A DNA stretch of 63,860 bases, filler included, from Bigelowiella natans CCMP2755 (Eukaryota > Protista > Cercozoa), in assembly GCA_000320545.1 (NCBI GenBank). It is 5 parts of 5 records of this genome, joined end to end, with 100 filler letters (N's around TTAATTAATTAA, not from the genome) between each part and the next. Parts side by side here need not be neighbours in the genome. Positions count along the whole stretch, not along the records: positions 28,094 to 53,894 come from ADNK01000777.1; 4 more parts are not named here. One strand, 5' to 3'. Shown one piece after another: positions 38,325 to 51,095 of the stretch (its first letter is position 1; every line of letters starts with the position of its first letter). A program made the position numbers and the translations under genes. Under the pieces are notes generated by a model. The model had not been told where the DNA came from. It made no database searches and saw only the letters and a list, made by a program, of their open reading frames with translations.

Positions 38325-41300
38325 TTATGGCTGACTTCTTGTCATCGTTTCTACGGAAACCCCCTCTTCGTCTTGTGGAGTCAGAGCGACGTCTAAACCT
38401 GAGAAGCCTCGGAAGAACCTATCAGGAAAAATGTTAGCAGCAATCCAAATAGCGTACTTGTGCATGTGTGCGTATACGAATAGGACGGTATCACTCTTTC
38501 TGTCCATCGTTTAATTTTAAAGAAAAGAGATAGCCGGAATAACCCAGAAGAAAAGCGTCTAATTCTCCTCCCACTTCCCTTCTTCCTACGACATACTCTT
38601 ACCGTGTGCATGAGCCCTGCAGTGAGCGAGCAATACAACACTATGATGGTCAGAAGCCATGGCCAATATTGAGCAGGAAGCTTGACGAACTCCAGCTCAT
38701 CGCCAACGACAGGAATTTGTGTTAGGGTGACAGATATCATACCCATCAATACCGTCACGACGACTAGCATCACTGAAGGCCCGCCTCTCTCCTGGGTACA
38801 ACGAATCAGGGGGGAGGGGAAATAAGAAAATAAACGTAAACATGATAATATCACCACCCATAATAACCCTTACCACCGACACCGCCGTCGTCATCATCAT
38901 CATCAGCAGCATCAACATCAAAACCGATCGCTATCTTGCTCCTCACCCGATTAGAACTGCCACGAAGCCATGATCGGATCGATGCAAAGGGCGATAGTAA
39001 GAAAAACGCATGCCGTGGCGGTGTTGACTCCCCAGCCGCTGCTGCTGTGACGATAGCCGATGTAGGTGTACTGCTGCCACTAATTAGGCTCCGGCTGCTG
39101 ATTTCGCCGCGTTGGAATGAATCAGAGGGGATGGGAATGACTCGATTAGGCGCCGATTCAGGTACAGCAGTTCTGAGGACAAAAACGATGAACAGCTGTG
39201 AGAGAATGCCCTCGACAAACCATGCGGTTCGGAACACGGCCGGGTCTTCGCGCCCCCCCCACTGCCAATAAGCGAGGTAGAAGGTGAGAAAATCGAAGAT
39301 GGATGAAACCGGTCCCAGGAGTAGCACGAAACGAGCAATCGCACCAATGTCCCAGTGCAATGGGCTGGAAAGGTGCCAGGAGGGGACGTTGTCCGTGGGT
39401 ATGGAGAGTTGCGCGAAGTCATAGATGAGGTTACCAGCGACCACTTGCAGCGGTAGCATCGGCACGAAGGGAAGGAAGAGGGACGCACCGAGAACGCTGA
39501 ACATGTTCCCCCAGTTACTGCTTGCGGCCATCTTTATGTACTTGATCACGTTGGCAAAGACCTTCCGCCCAGCGCGTACAGATGTCTGGAGGGTCATTAG
39601 CGATTTATCAACCAGGATCACATCCGCAGCTGCCTTGGCAACGTCTAGCCCCGTGTCTACGGAGACACCCACATCTGCTGCACGTAAGGCCGCGCAATCG
39701 TTGACCCCGTCACCCAGGAAACCGACAGATAGTCCTAAATGGTGATTGATTGGTTGATTGGTTGATTGATTAATCGATGGTTGTAGTAACGATTTTGAAA
39801 TGGGTTGGAATAGAGTGGCATCGTCACCGTGCATTAGACGGATGACACATACACATACTACCGGATCTCTGGAGCGCCACAACGATGCGTTCCTTGTGGA
39901 GAGGCTGCAGGCGCGCAAAGATGCAGCCCTGTAGTAGGAGTATTGAATGAGTGGTGTTCTGGATGAGGTGAAGGGATGGATTGCACTGAATACTACCATT
40001 AACACAGATAACTCACGCGCAACACATGGGGAAGGAAAGGCAAGGGAAGGCGGGGGATGCGATTCTTGTTGTCTTATTATCATCCTCATCCTCTTCCTCC
40101 TCCTAGTATCTAATTGTAGCTACCTACCTACCTTCAACACCACAGCAGTAAGTTTCTTATCACTCATTTCCTCGATATCCTTCCCCGTCACCACGTGCAC
40201 CATTCGGTTGCTGGGAGTCGTTGCAGCACTAGTGCTGTTGCTCCCTCCACCTCCTCCAACACGGTGTTCTTTATGGTCGTGCACACCGATGACGACATCA
40301 TCATCATCGCTATCGGTTCTAGTCGTGATATTGGATCTTGCGCTGGGGGGGAGGGTGGGAGGGAGCAGGCCCACCTGCTCGCAAACATGCTTGGTCACCT
40401 CCGGAGAGTCTCCAGTAAGCACCTTCACTGAGACACCCATTCTCTGCAAGCTAGCGATGGCGGCCGCTGCCGACGACTTGGGAGGGTCAGCAAGAAATAA
40501 GAATCCGAATAAAGTTAGGGAGGCGCCCTCCTCTCCCATCGCTCGTAGGTGTTTTGGATCGCCACTTACGCCTGCAACAGCGATGGGACGAAGTCCTTGC
40601 TTCTCCCACTCCTTCAGGGTCATCTCGGCTCTAGCGCGCGCTTTTGCATCGAGAGGGGCGGTTTGACCGCCCATTGCTTCGGACAGCGTGCATTCCCCCT
40701 GTTGACCGCTTGCACCGCTTTTGCGATCATACCCATCATCATTATAAAAGATGTTGCTTCTACTCCTCCCCCCATCCTGAGAACTGATGAAGAAACGAGC
40801 GCAGACTGCCATCACCTCGGAAGGCGCTCCTTTCATTACAAGCAATGCTTTCGGAGAGGAGGAGGACGAAGAGGAGGAGCTGTCTGGAAGGCCACCTGAT
40901 CATTGATTTCCAGGAGAAAGAGGAGGAGGAGGAGGAGGAGAGGATGTACACACGATAGACAGAGAGATGGAGGAAGACAATGAGAATGGTTCTGGAACAC
41001 CAACACTTTCAATCCACTGTTCGTATGTATGAGGATATGGTCAAAGAGATGATGTCGCTATTTTTCAGAAAATACACGATTAGTTTGTTACAGGCTAAGC
41101 AGTTTTATCGCCGAAATAATTCAATAAATATATCAATCACCCACGATGGATGAGTAGGAGGAGGAGGAGGAGGAGGAGGAGGAGGAGGACTTCACTGACT
41201 GACCTTCAGGTTGAAGCAGCACAGAAGCACGTCGTCGATCAAAATCAAACGGCCACTCATGAACGTTTGTGAGCTTTGCATCGGGCCGAAGTGCGGAGAG

Positions 41301-42831
41301 GGGATTCTTCGACGCTCGCGTAGGATTTGTGCCCCCCCCCTCTTCCTCCGCCTCTAACACGGCCTTCTCCACGGCGTTCTGAATTCCAGTCTGGTGCAGA
41401 CTATGCATACGAGCAAGACGCAATGCAGCTCCATCCTGCCTACCTCGAAGGGTGAGGGACAGCTCAACCCTTGCCGCATCTCTGGTAAGGGTTCCCGTCT
41501 TATCCACACACAACACATTGAGTTGGCCAAGGGTTGGAAGAGAATCGAGGTGCTTTACAATCACCCCACGTGATCGTGACAGCTGCATAGCCCCGAGAGC
41601 CAAGCAAACAGTCACCACCACAGGAAGCATCTCTGGGGTCAGGCCGACTCCCACGCTCACTGCGTACAAGAACCCCTCGGAGCTGACCCCATCTTTCAAT
41701 GTTTGAATCTGATTAGGGAAGGATTCAATCACGATGGAGGAAAGAGGCGACTAATATGGTAAGTGAGGACGGAATGTGGATATATCATCATCATTTTTCA
41801 CTCAATCGTAGGATCGATTACCAAGAAGACGAGGGGACACATAACAAGAGTGAATTGTAGCATCAAAGCTCCAAAACCGTCCACACCCCTGGTTATTTCC
41901 ACAGTATAATAATAATAATAATCATCATCATCATCATCATGCAGTGGCGGCGGCCATTGCCCCACCCCCCATCCTTCTCTTTTCCTGTCTATTAATTCTC
42001 TGTTTCATCGTTCTCTTTTATATATCTTCTTCTGCACTCCTCCCAGATTACTAATCTGTCAACGGCTCATCGGAAAAACAACATACACTAGACTACGCAC
42101 ATGCATATCCAACACTACAAGCTACTCGAAGCAAACAACTATTAAAAAAATAAATTCTCCTACCTGTCAAAGGAGCTTCTAGGCCTCAATCCCTTGAGGC
42201 TTTCCGCCATTTGGCCCACCCGTGTCTAAAAGAGCAGAAGAATATTCCAAGTGGAATAGTAGTAGTAGTAGTAGTAGTAGTAGCAGCAGGGTAGGTTTTA
42301 TCATGAATGCTGGACACGCCAATGAATAATGAAGTAGTTGTGTTCTAACGGGAAGTCTTTGTAGTAATAGTTGTAGTAAAAGATGCTTTCTCCAATGATG
42401 AAGCAATTTATTTGCTCAGATATGATTACTTAACGCTTAGTATCCTCGTTTGGACTTCATTTGAGCATTCATATCGTTAATGGGTAGGGCAGTCTTTTGT
42501 TACACCCCCCCCCCTGCCTCCTATTGTATTACCCTCTCCCCTGTCGCAATGACTCTTCCGATGGCACTGCCGCTCTCCACGTGTGTCCCCATGAAGCAGA
42601 TCTACATCAACACAATGGATATCAGTGGGGATGGAATAATAACAAAGGAAAATGGGGATGAAAATAAGGCAACAGCAGCTATATATTATATCTCAATCAT
42701 CGTCCAACGTTGTTTTGCCTCGCATCCCCCCTTATATCCATCAAGTTAATCAATATTTTACAATCATATTTCAGCAGCAGTAATTTTATAACCTCATCAT
42801 CAGTTAGTTCCTCAACGCCTTCTAGGACCTG

Positions 42832-42865
<34 letters not shown>

Positions 42866-43385
42866 TACTGCACAAATAAGTACAACGACTGCCATCATCA
42901 TCAACATACATTATTAAATTTGTGTTTACTAGGTACCCCGCTTCGAAAGCGATTGGAGCACCGCGCATTAGCAGCGCAGCAACCAGAGTTCGCCTGAACC
43001 TTCACGTTTGACAGTGTAATTATTTAAAATGACTCATCATTTCATTTCCTTTTATCAGACAGAGACAGTAGAGATTGTTGGCTGTAGAAGTAAAAAAGAA
43101 AAAGACAACAGCGAAGTCTTAAGGTGGTGGAAGTAGCATTGTTCCCCTGCTTCTTTCTACTGCTTGTTTAGAATGTGTGGCGGGACAAAGTGGCTGCTGG
43201 GGTGTTCTATAGCACCTGCATTCCTCCCTCGTACGCGTCCGGATTAGCTCTTTTTTCTACAGGCACACTCTCGCCAGTCAAGATCGACTGTAAACATATT
43301 TTCACATTCAATGACATGATGATCGCTATATAACGAGGTGATTATGGATATATTGGCAGACATCCCATGTAGCTGTAGGCGGCGA

Positions 43386-43452
<67 letters not shown>

Positions 43453-43803
43453 CAGCAGGTGCGACTCTAGATCTTTTGCAAACACCCCCAAGAGTAACAT
43501 CGACCATCGTCATCATCATCATCATCATCATCATCGTGAAACACATCTATAGTACGCACTCACCACTGATTTTCTCGGAGGAGGATAAGGGTGAACCAAT
43601 CAACCAGCTTGCGGGTTACTACTACTCTACTACTACTATTACTATAACTACTACCTGGTTGACTTGTAGGCGGGATGCAGTGACCATCTGCAAATCTGCA
43701 GGTATCAAATCCCCAGCGCTGACAAGGACCATATCACCAGGAACCTTGAGCAAACAAAACAGAGCAAGTTCAGTTAGGCACACCCAATATTATAAAAACA
43801 TTA

Positions 43804-43851
<48 letters not shown>

Positions 43852-44813
43852 CTATAATATTTGAAATTTTTTCTCTGATTCTTTGGCATAGATACGAACT
43901 ACTACTCCGTGAAAGATACCAAGGTTTTGGAGTCGACGGTCATCACAGATTTGCCTCTGTTGAAACGGAATCATGCCAAGTTAGGTTACTATATCACGAA
44001 TAAAAGCAACATTTATCGATAGTGATGTTAATTATTACTCTGGCCCACGCGCAACACGGCACTCAACTCCGAAGCCCGCACTCAGAGCTCGCGCAGCCTA
44101 ATAAATAAAAATCGAAAGATGTGGATCAATAAATCGGGGAAATTTAGGAAATATAGGGAAGAGGAATCTAAAGAGATAAACGAACGCAAAATACTCGATA
44201 GTCGCATCATAGAGGAGCTAGCTTTTAAGGAAACCAAAAAGATGTTGTTAACCAGTGCAAAAAACAGCAGTTTTTGATACCTTTTCAGCCGAGAATTGGT
44301 GATAGCCAGAAAGGCAAATAGAGACGAGTGCCATAACGCTAATCACAGTTCCCGTTGAATAGTCGCCAGTGAGAAAGCTAAGGATACCCAGGGACGCCAA
44401 AAGTCCAATCAAAGGATTGCAGATGAGGCGGAAAAGTCCTTGGCACAGGTCATCCATCCACCCATTGTTCGCATCGATCTTTTTCAAATTTGTCAGATAT
44501 TTAGGAATCATCGCGTCGATATCCAAGATGGGAGAGTTGTGAAATAGTATTGTACAGATTATGATGTGAATAATGTGCAGCGTCGTGAACCTCGTTCGGC
44601 CCATGCTCTGAGTAAAGTTCAATGGCTTCGGTATCTGTTAGTCCAGGATCCGTTCCCTCCGGCAATGGGGTCACATCTCTCGGTGTCTGTCAAAAAAACA
44701 ACATCAACACGATATGCAACTCAATATCCAAATTCATGGTATGGGTAAGATGCAATAACCAGTGACTCTTCCTCGTCAGAGAGGAGCCTATGGCCCGAGT
44801 TTCCAGACGTCAT
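38325..44813 (-). CDS. P-type ATPase, P3B (MgtA/MgtB-like Mg2+-importing) subfamily, multi-exon
   Basis: GLT..EA....HGPNE; VPGDMV..AGDLIPAD; LTGESVPVEK; GLTPEMLP; DKTGTLT; PFDFDRRRASV; KGAP.EV; VLTGD; GDGVND; KYIKMAASSNWGNMFSVLGAS.FLPF.PMLP.Q...NLIYD..Q..IP.DNV (MgtA-type membrane signature). Confidence 0.92.
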
Positions 44814-45401
44814 GGCTGAATGAAGTTGGGATTTAATCGAAGAAGACTGTCTTTAAATTCGCTCTCTCTCCCCCATCTCCAAACCCTCCAAATAAATCTC
44901 CCAAATATCCTCCAAAATCCTCCTACCCCTACCTTGTACGTATGGAAACAAATGCACACAGACTTTTGGCCTCGGTACCTCCACCCTTCGTTGAAATTGG
45001 ACTGCTTCGGACACGAGTTAGTTCAGATTAGAACGTAGCATGCTATCATTTTAAGAATCATAAATTGATGGTAAAAGTACAATACGACATAATGTTAGAA
45101 AGCCATCCTGAATTAATTCATCTCATCTACACTTATCCCATAACTCTCAGATCTTCATTAAAATACATATGAATCTGGTGACAAAATAGGCTTGTTTATA
45201 TCGAAACGACAGGCATCTTCCTAGGTGTTCTTAATATCTGTAACTTCAGCCGACATAGCAAACGGTGCCCAGAGATTCTCTAGAGTTTTTCCGAAACACA
45301 CAAATGGTGATAATTTATTGCGACGTGCTAATATGTATGTCGCAGAAGAAAATCACACGTGTTTTTAGTATCGTCGATTAGAAAGTAGAAATGCTGGAGT
45401 A

Positions 45402-47020
45402 ATGGACCGGATGGATGAGGAGCGCCTGTGTCAACTTTGTGCACGCTTGGAGAGAATCGCAGCAACGCTTGAAACCCGTTTTCTTCGGGAGAATACAAAT
45501 ACAGATGATCTGAAGCTGTTAACCGTGGCCTTTGCAAGCTTGGCCAGGTTAGAAGTGGTGGAACATGAGCTCAAGAAAGCAATTGCTAGGAACGAGGATG
45601 AAGAAGCTACGGAGGAAAAGGCTGTAACGAGACTACATGATAAGTGTGAAGCCTGCCTTCTTGGAAGTGCTGTAGGGGATGCGTTGGGAGCACAATGCGA
45701 ATTTCAACCTCGCGGGAGCTTTGAACCCATTTCCGAAATGGTTGTTAAGAACACACATAAATACCTCGAGATATCTGGGATATCATGAAAATCTAACTAA
45801 AAACAAAATAGGTTGGTGGTGGGCGCTACTCACTCTCCTCTGGAATGTGGACTGATGATTTTTCCATGGCGCTTTGCCTGGGTGAAAGCTTGATAGAAAA
45901 GCGGAAGCACGATCCGGCCGATCAATGTCGAAGATATGTTGCCTGGTATAGAGAGGCGCATTTATCCTCGAATGGGTTGTGCTTTGATATAGGTATGACG
46001 GTCTCCAAAGCTCTGATAAAATTTGAAGGATCTGGTAATCCATACTCCGGCCCTCGAGGAGAGAGAGCGGCCGGAAATGGTTGTCTAATGAGATTAGCAC
46101 CAGTACCTGTGTTCTATCAAAACAACCCATCGATGGCGATCAGAGTCGCAGGTGACCAAGCAAGAACAACTCATGGACCACCAGAGGCAATTGATTGTTG
46201 TCGATACTTCTGTGCATTGGTCATCGGCGCGTTGCAGGGGTATGATAAAGGCAAACTCCTGTCTCCTTTTTTTATCCCCGAAGGGTGTGAGGATCAGCAT
46301 CTTTGGGATCAACTTCCAATGAAAGTTTCTGAGCTCGCTAAAGGGTCATACAAATCTAAAACCAAGGAAGAAATAAAGAATAGTGGATATGTGGTTCTTG
46401 CATTGGAAGCAGCTCTGTGGGGATTTTATCAAACTCAAACGTTCGAAGACGGTTTGATTCTCTTGATAAACCTTGGCGATGATTCGGATACGATTGGTGC
46501 GATCTATGGGATACTAGCTGGTGCATATTACGGTAGCAATCAAATTCCGATCCGCTGGTCGTGTAAAATTATGTACCACTCACTAATTCGGGAGATGGCT
46601 AGAGAGTTGCTCCGAGTTGGAATTCAGATTCATGGCAACGGTGACAACCATAACATTAATAGTTTGACAGGCAAATCCGTTATTGACACTAAGACAGAGA
46701 GCCAGATTAAAAGTGGTTACAGTGAAAGATGGATAAGGCTTTGGAATTTATTCACAACAAGCGAAAAAAACTTACGATGTATTGTAAGAAAATGTCTACC
46801 AGGACCGCACGAGTACAAGTCAAAGAGTACATTCAATGGAGACGTGGCCGACTTCTCTGATGAATTTTCGTGCAGGAGCCTTAAAATTCTTGAGAGTGTA
46901 CCGTTAAACACAGATCGAAGGGCATTGAAAATGAGCTTACGTTCCATAGGCAAGGACTTTAATCGAATATTTGAACATCATGCGAAATGGTCTCGTGTTC
47001 TACGTCGCTATGATCACTAA
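45402..47020 (+). CDS. ADP-ribosylglycohydrolase (ARH/DraG family); one intron 45741-45811
   Basis: LLGSAVGDALGA, M|VGGG....GMWTDD.SMALCL, CFDIG, AGNGCLMRLAPV, THG, SGYV, NLGDDSDTIGAIYG.LAGAYYG. Confidence 0.93.
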
Positions 47021-47149
47021 TATATAACAGTTGCATCCTCGTATTGCCTAATGATCATTTTTTAAAAGAAAAGATGATTGCGGCAAATGTTTGCCATTGT
47101 ACTATTCCATCGTATGTTATAAACTATGTTGACTTCACGTATAGCTATG

Positions 47150-47800
47150 TGGGTTGTTAGTGCCATGTGATCTGCTCGCAAACGCTCAGGACATTTGTTA
47201 AGCATTAGAGCATTACGGCCCGCACGCACCCATCTAGCCATTCATCTCAAGCAATGTGCAATGTGATGAGATGGAAGCCATGGTCACGTACATCACGTGC
47301 TAGCAGTGCATGACTACTCTCATAGATGAACGTCTTGAATGTCAGAGCGTACATCGGATGGAGCAGCTGTTGTGGTAGCCACGCACAGTGCTAGAGTGGC
47401 AGTAGAGCAGTAGTACGTAGTAGTGTTGACGATGGATTTAACATGTGAACATGATACACACTGTGTCTATGTATTGTTGCAGCTCATGGCTCATCATACT
47501 ATGCTACATGCTCTACATTGCACTGCGATGAAGGACACACATACTGCTGCTATGCTACGTCGCTTGTCGCTTGCTCATGCAGCTACAGAGGTATCGCAGA
47601 TGCTGTGCTAGTAAGCTTTAGTGATAATTGCACGTGAGATCTGACGACAGCGTGTTGTTGTACGTGTGTGTTGGCGTGCACACATGCACTCTACACTTGC
47701 ATAGTTTTGTGTGCAGGATCCCTGGACAAGTGATCGAGGTGCGCACTCAGCATGGAGACGCTTGGAGTTTAGTGTAAAACTAATGCGGCAGTCACCGTGC
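47150..47800. other. CC/GG-depleted tract between convergent ARH and Ariadne genes
   Basis: Hand count in 47401-47700: 5 GG and 0 CC in 300 nt. Confidence 0.85.
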
Positions 47801-47940
47801 CACTAATTACTGTGCAAAGAATGTTCATGGGATATGTACAGTATATGCTAAATATAAAACTTTAAATCATCATCTCACGCAATCAATTTTTTAAAAAAAT
47901 TCTACACATTTACTGAAGGCATAAGTTTCCTTACCACAAC

Positions 47941-49968
47941 TTATGTTCTACGTCCAGCTGAGCATGCACGGCAATCTGGCTCACCGTGCAACTTACACGC
48001 TTGGCAACTCTTACAGAATGTGTAACATGTCCGATTTTGTGTCTCACAAAAAAGACATTGCCAATGTTCAGACTTTGCATCTCCCTTATATGAAAGAACG
48101 GCCTCAAAGTTACCCTCATTCACTATTGTAATCATTCGTCGTCGTAGATTGTTCAGCGTAGTAGTCTTACTAAGGATGTCCTTCTTTTTCTGAAGTAGAT
48201 CATCGACACCATTAGTTTCGATCATGTCTTGAAGGTTCTCAGTGTGGCCAATCAACAGCTCTTGCTGAAACTCGAAAAGTTTTTTCTCTTTACTTGCCAC
48301 GAGGTAGAAATCCAACACGTAGCACCATTGCATGCACGTCCGTGCATACGCAAGTGAGGTTGTCGCTTCTGTTATAAATTTCGTATGTTCCACACTTCGG
48401 TTTTGCCGAACAAACTGTTGCTCCATTTTTCTCTCCAACTTTTTGGTTAATTCCACTCCGTTTCGGGCGTCTGTAAACCTTCCCACATAGTAATTATATT
48501 TTTGCAACAGTTGCTGTGTTGTTATCATATCCTTCTCTTCGTTTGATCTGGTTCCCTTTTTAAGCTCCTCATTATATTTCTTACAGACGTAGTATCCTCC
48601 AGTTGACGTACCATGCTCACTCCACGGTCCTTTGCAGAGCCAGCAAAAATGGTGGTTACATTTTGCGCACGTCATATGATTGCAGGCCCTGTTCTTTTCA
48701 ATTCTAACCCCGCATTTTGGACATTTTTTGGTACGGGCTTTTAGCCAAAGTTCTGTGGCATCATCCTTTACAGCCGTGCTTTCCATCCATTTTTGCACAA
48801 GATCGCAAGGCGCCGGTTCGTGCTCGTTCTTAAGGCAGGAGAAACAAAACCTGTTGCCACACTGACATCCTATTGTCTTTTCACCTCCCTGCTTATACTC
48901 AACTATACGGGTACATTTCGGATTTGGGCACCACTTTAGTCCTTCTTGCCCTTCAACGAATGACTGAAGATTCCAATACTTATATTTCTCCAGCAAATCC
49001 TGTTTCTTAATATACTTCTTGAATGTTGATGATGGTACCAGCTCCTGGCAGGCACAGCCGAATTTGTGGACGTGTTGCTTTGTGCATCTCATAGCTGGAC
49101 ACCTGGAGAAAATACATGTTCGACCTTTGGCAATCTCAGATTCTAAAAAATCTCTCCAACATCCCTTGCAAAAGTAGTGTCCGCAGGCTAACGCGTGAGC
49201 CTTCCGCTTTGGAACTCGTCCACAGCCCCATGTTAAGCACTGGATCATTTCGTGACTTGAAGATGTGCGCTCGGAATCGGAAACAGTGCTTATTCCAACT
49301 TCTTGCTTCACTTTCTTTTGGTCTTCAAACCATTCTTTCTTCAATTTTCCGTCATCCCATCGATAATGACGGAGCAAACTCTCTGCTGTATCATTAGAAA
49401 CGTATAGAAGCTCGCAAACCTTAGAAATTAGTGATGCTTGTTTCGTTTCAACTTCAGATGTTTGATATATTTTGAAAGACGAAGTTCGTGTCAACTCAGG
49501 TGGTCCCATTTCTTCCAACTTATCCTCATCCCATCCGCCACCGCCGTCCTCATCTTCCCAGCCTTCATCGCCTTCCTCATCTTCCCAACCTGCATCACCT
49601 TCCCCATCTTCCCATCTATCATTGTCCTCCAAGTCATCATTATTACCACCCACCGCCTCTCCTACAGTTTCATCCATGTACGATGGAGCGGTCGTGCATT
49701 TTGTTTCTTGATCCATTGCAGTCGCTTCTGCTTGTACTGCAGCTTCATCATCTTCTTCTTCTACTACTACTTCTTCTTCGTCACTGCTGAGATCATCTTC
49801 CTCCATATCGTTAGTACTCTTTATGACATGTTTCTTTGCTATCTGTCTCTGTAGTACAGCCAAGATCTCTGACGCACGAAATTTCTTTCTACTTCCATCA
49901 ACAATGATTTCTCTCGTGTTCTTGCCCTTTGCAAGTTGCTCAATAGTGAATTTCTCTACAGCATCCAT
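47941..49968 (-). CDS. Ariadne-family RBR E3 ubiquitin ligase with C-terminal RanBP2-type zinc finger; a short upstream exon is possible
   Basis: Acidic N-terminus; UBA-like LLRHYRWD; RING1 (CGHYFCKGCW); IBR (WCPNPKC..CQCGNRFCFSC...HEPAPC); RING2 (CPKCGVRIEKNRACNHMTC..CNHHFCWLC); Ariadne helical domain (LFEFQQ); WQCLFC...N......CKSC. Confidence 0.95.
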   Translation of the reverse strand: MDAVEKFTIEQLAKGKNTREIIVDGSRKKFRASEILAVLQRQIAKKHVIKSTNDMEEDDLSSDEEEVVVEEEDDEAAVQAEATAMDQETKCTTAPSYMDETVGEAVGGNNDDLEDNDRWEDGEGDAGWEDEEGDEGWEDEDGGGGWDEDKLEEMGPPELTRTSSFKIYQTSEVETKQASLISKVCELLYVSNDTAESLLRHYRWDDGKLKKEWFEDQKKVKQEVGISTVSDSERTSSSHEMIQCLTWGCGRVPKRKAHALACGHYFCKGCWRDFLESEIAKGRTCIFSRCPAMRCTKQHVHKFGCACQELVPSSTFKKYIKKQDLLEKYKYWNLQSFVEGQEGLKWCPNPKCTRIVEYKQGGEKTIGCQCGNRFCFSCLKNEHEPAPCDLVQKWMESTAVKDDATELWLKARTKKCPKCGVRIEKNRACNHMTCAKCNHHFCWLCKGPWSEHGTSTGGYYVCKKYNEELKKGTRSNEEKDMITTQQLLQKYNYYVGRFTDARNGVELTKKLERKMEQQFVRQNRSVEHTKFITEATTSLAYARTCMQWCYVLDFYLVASKEKKLFEFQQELLIGHTENLQDMIETNGVDDLLQKKKDILSKTTTLNNLRRRMITIVNEGNFEAVLSYKGDAKSEHWQCLFCETQNRTCYTFCKSCQACKLHGEPDCRACSAGRRT

Positions 49969-51095
49969 CGTAGTTCTAGTGCTTGTTCCCGTATGATGAT
50001 GAAGAAAGCAAGTATTTGAATTGCTGTTGTATGCGCGAATGAAAGCGGGTCCACCTCCTTCTCGTTATGTAATGAAGGACCCCTAGAATCTCTTAATCTC
50101 CTGTTCTTGAATACCACCGTATCAAAGTACGACATCATGATACACATGTCGTATTACATATTCTCATGATTAATTTCTCTGAACTCCCAATCCAAAGAAA
50201 TAAATCTAAAATGATTCGCATGGCATTTCTGTGTTTCAGACACTGACATGGTTCTCTTTTCTGACTTTTTGATTGGAAGCAAAATACTGTGATTTCCTGG
50301 AATTACACTCCATGTAAGTAGTCGTAGGAATAATATTTATGACAAAAATTAATGTGCGACAACATCCCATCAATATCGAAGATTATTCCAAAAGAAAAAT
50401 ATGCTTGTTCAAAGGCTATTACTCAGAGGGATAGCCTTTTCCAGCTCGATTTGAGAGGAATAGCATTCGTTTGCTCGGTTACATCTACTCATAGGTGACT
50501 CAGAGAGGTCTTCGTTCTTTGCATTCAGAATCATACCGTGCACCACAATGTTGCTCCATTCACAAAGACCATCAACTTATTTGACTTCATTTTACATAAA
50601 ATTTGTTCGTAAATGTTGTCGTTTATATGTAAATAGCTGTTTTAAAATATCGTCCAGTTTTGTGTCTGGGGGTTTGGCAAATTTCAACAATAAGTGATTG
50701 ATGACAGTTTACAGTCAATGTTAAATCAAATTAATTTACATCATTCGACATAAAAGAAAACATGTCGATAAATTAAAAATAGGTATATCTACTCCAAATA
50801 GGTATCAAGCTGCGGTTTGAAATTTTACAACAGGAGACAATTCGAGGGGAGGAACATTTCGTTTACCTCGAAGCAGGAGGAAATCTTCGTTGAAGTTGGA
50901 CAACTTGCCAATTGATAGGATAAAAATTGGGGCTCCTTTTTTAAACTATCGCGAATTTACAAGTTTAAGGAAGGTCTCTGAGAAAACACTCACTAAACAA
51001 GCAGCCAAGTAAAAATCTGGAAGGAACTTTCCGGAAGAGAGGGCTGAGGAGGACAGCAAGGGTGGTTGGGCTTGCATCAATACGAATTTACCACA

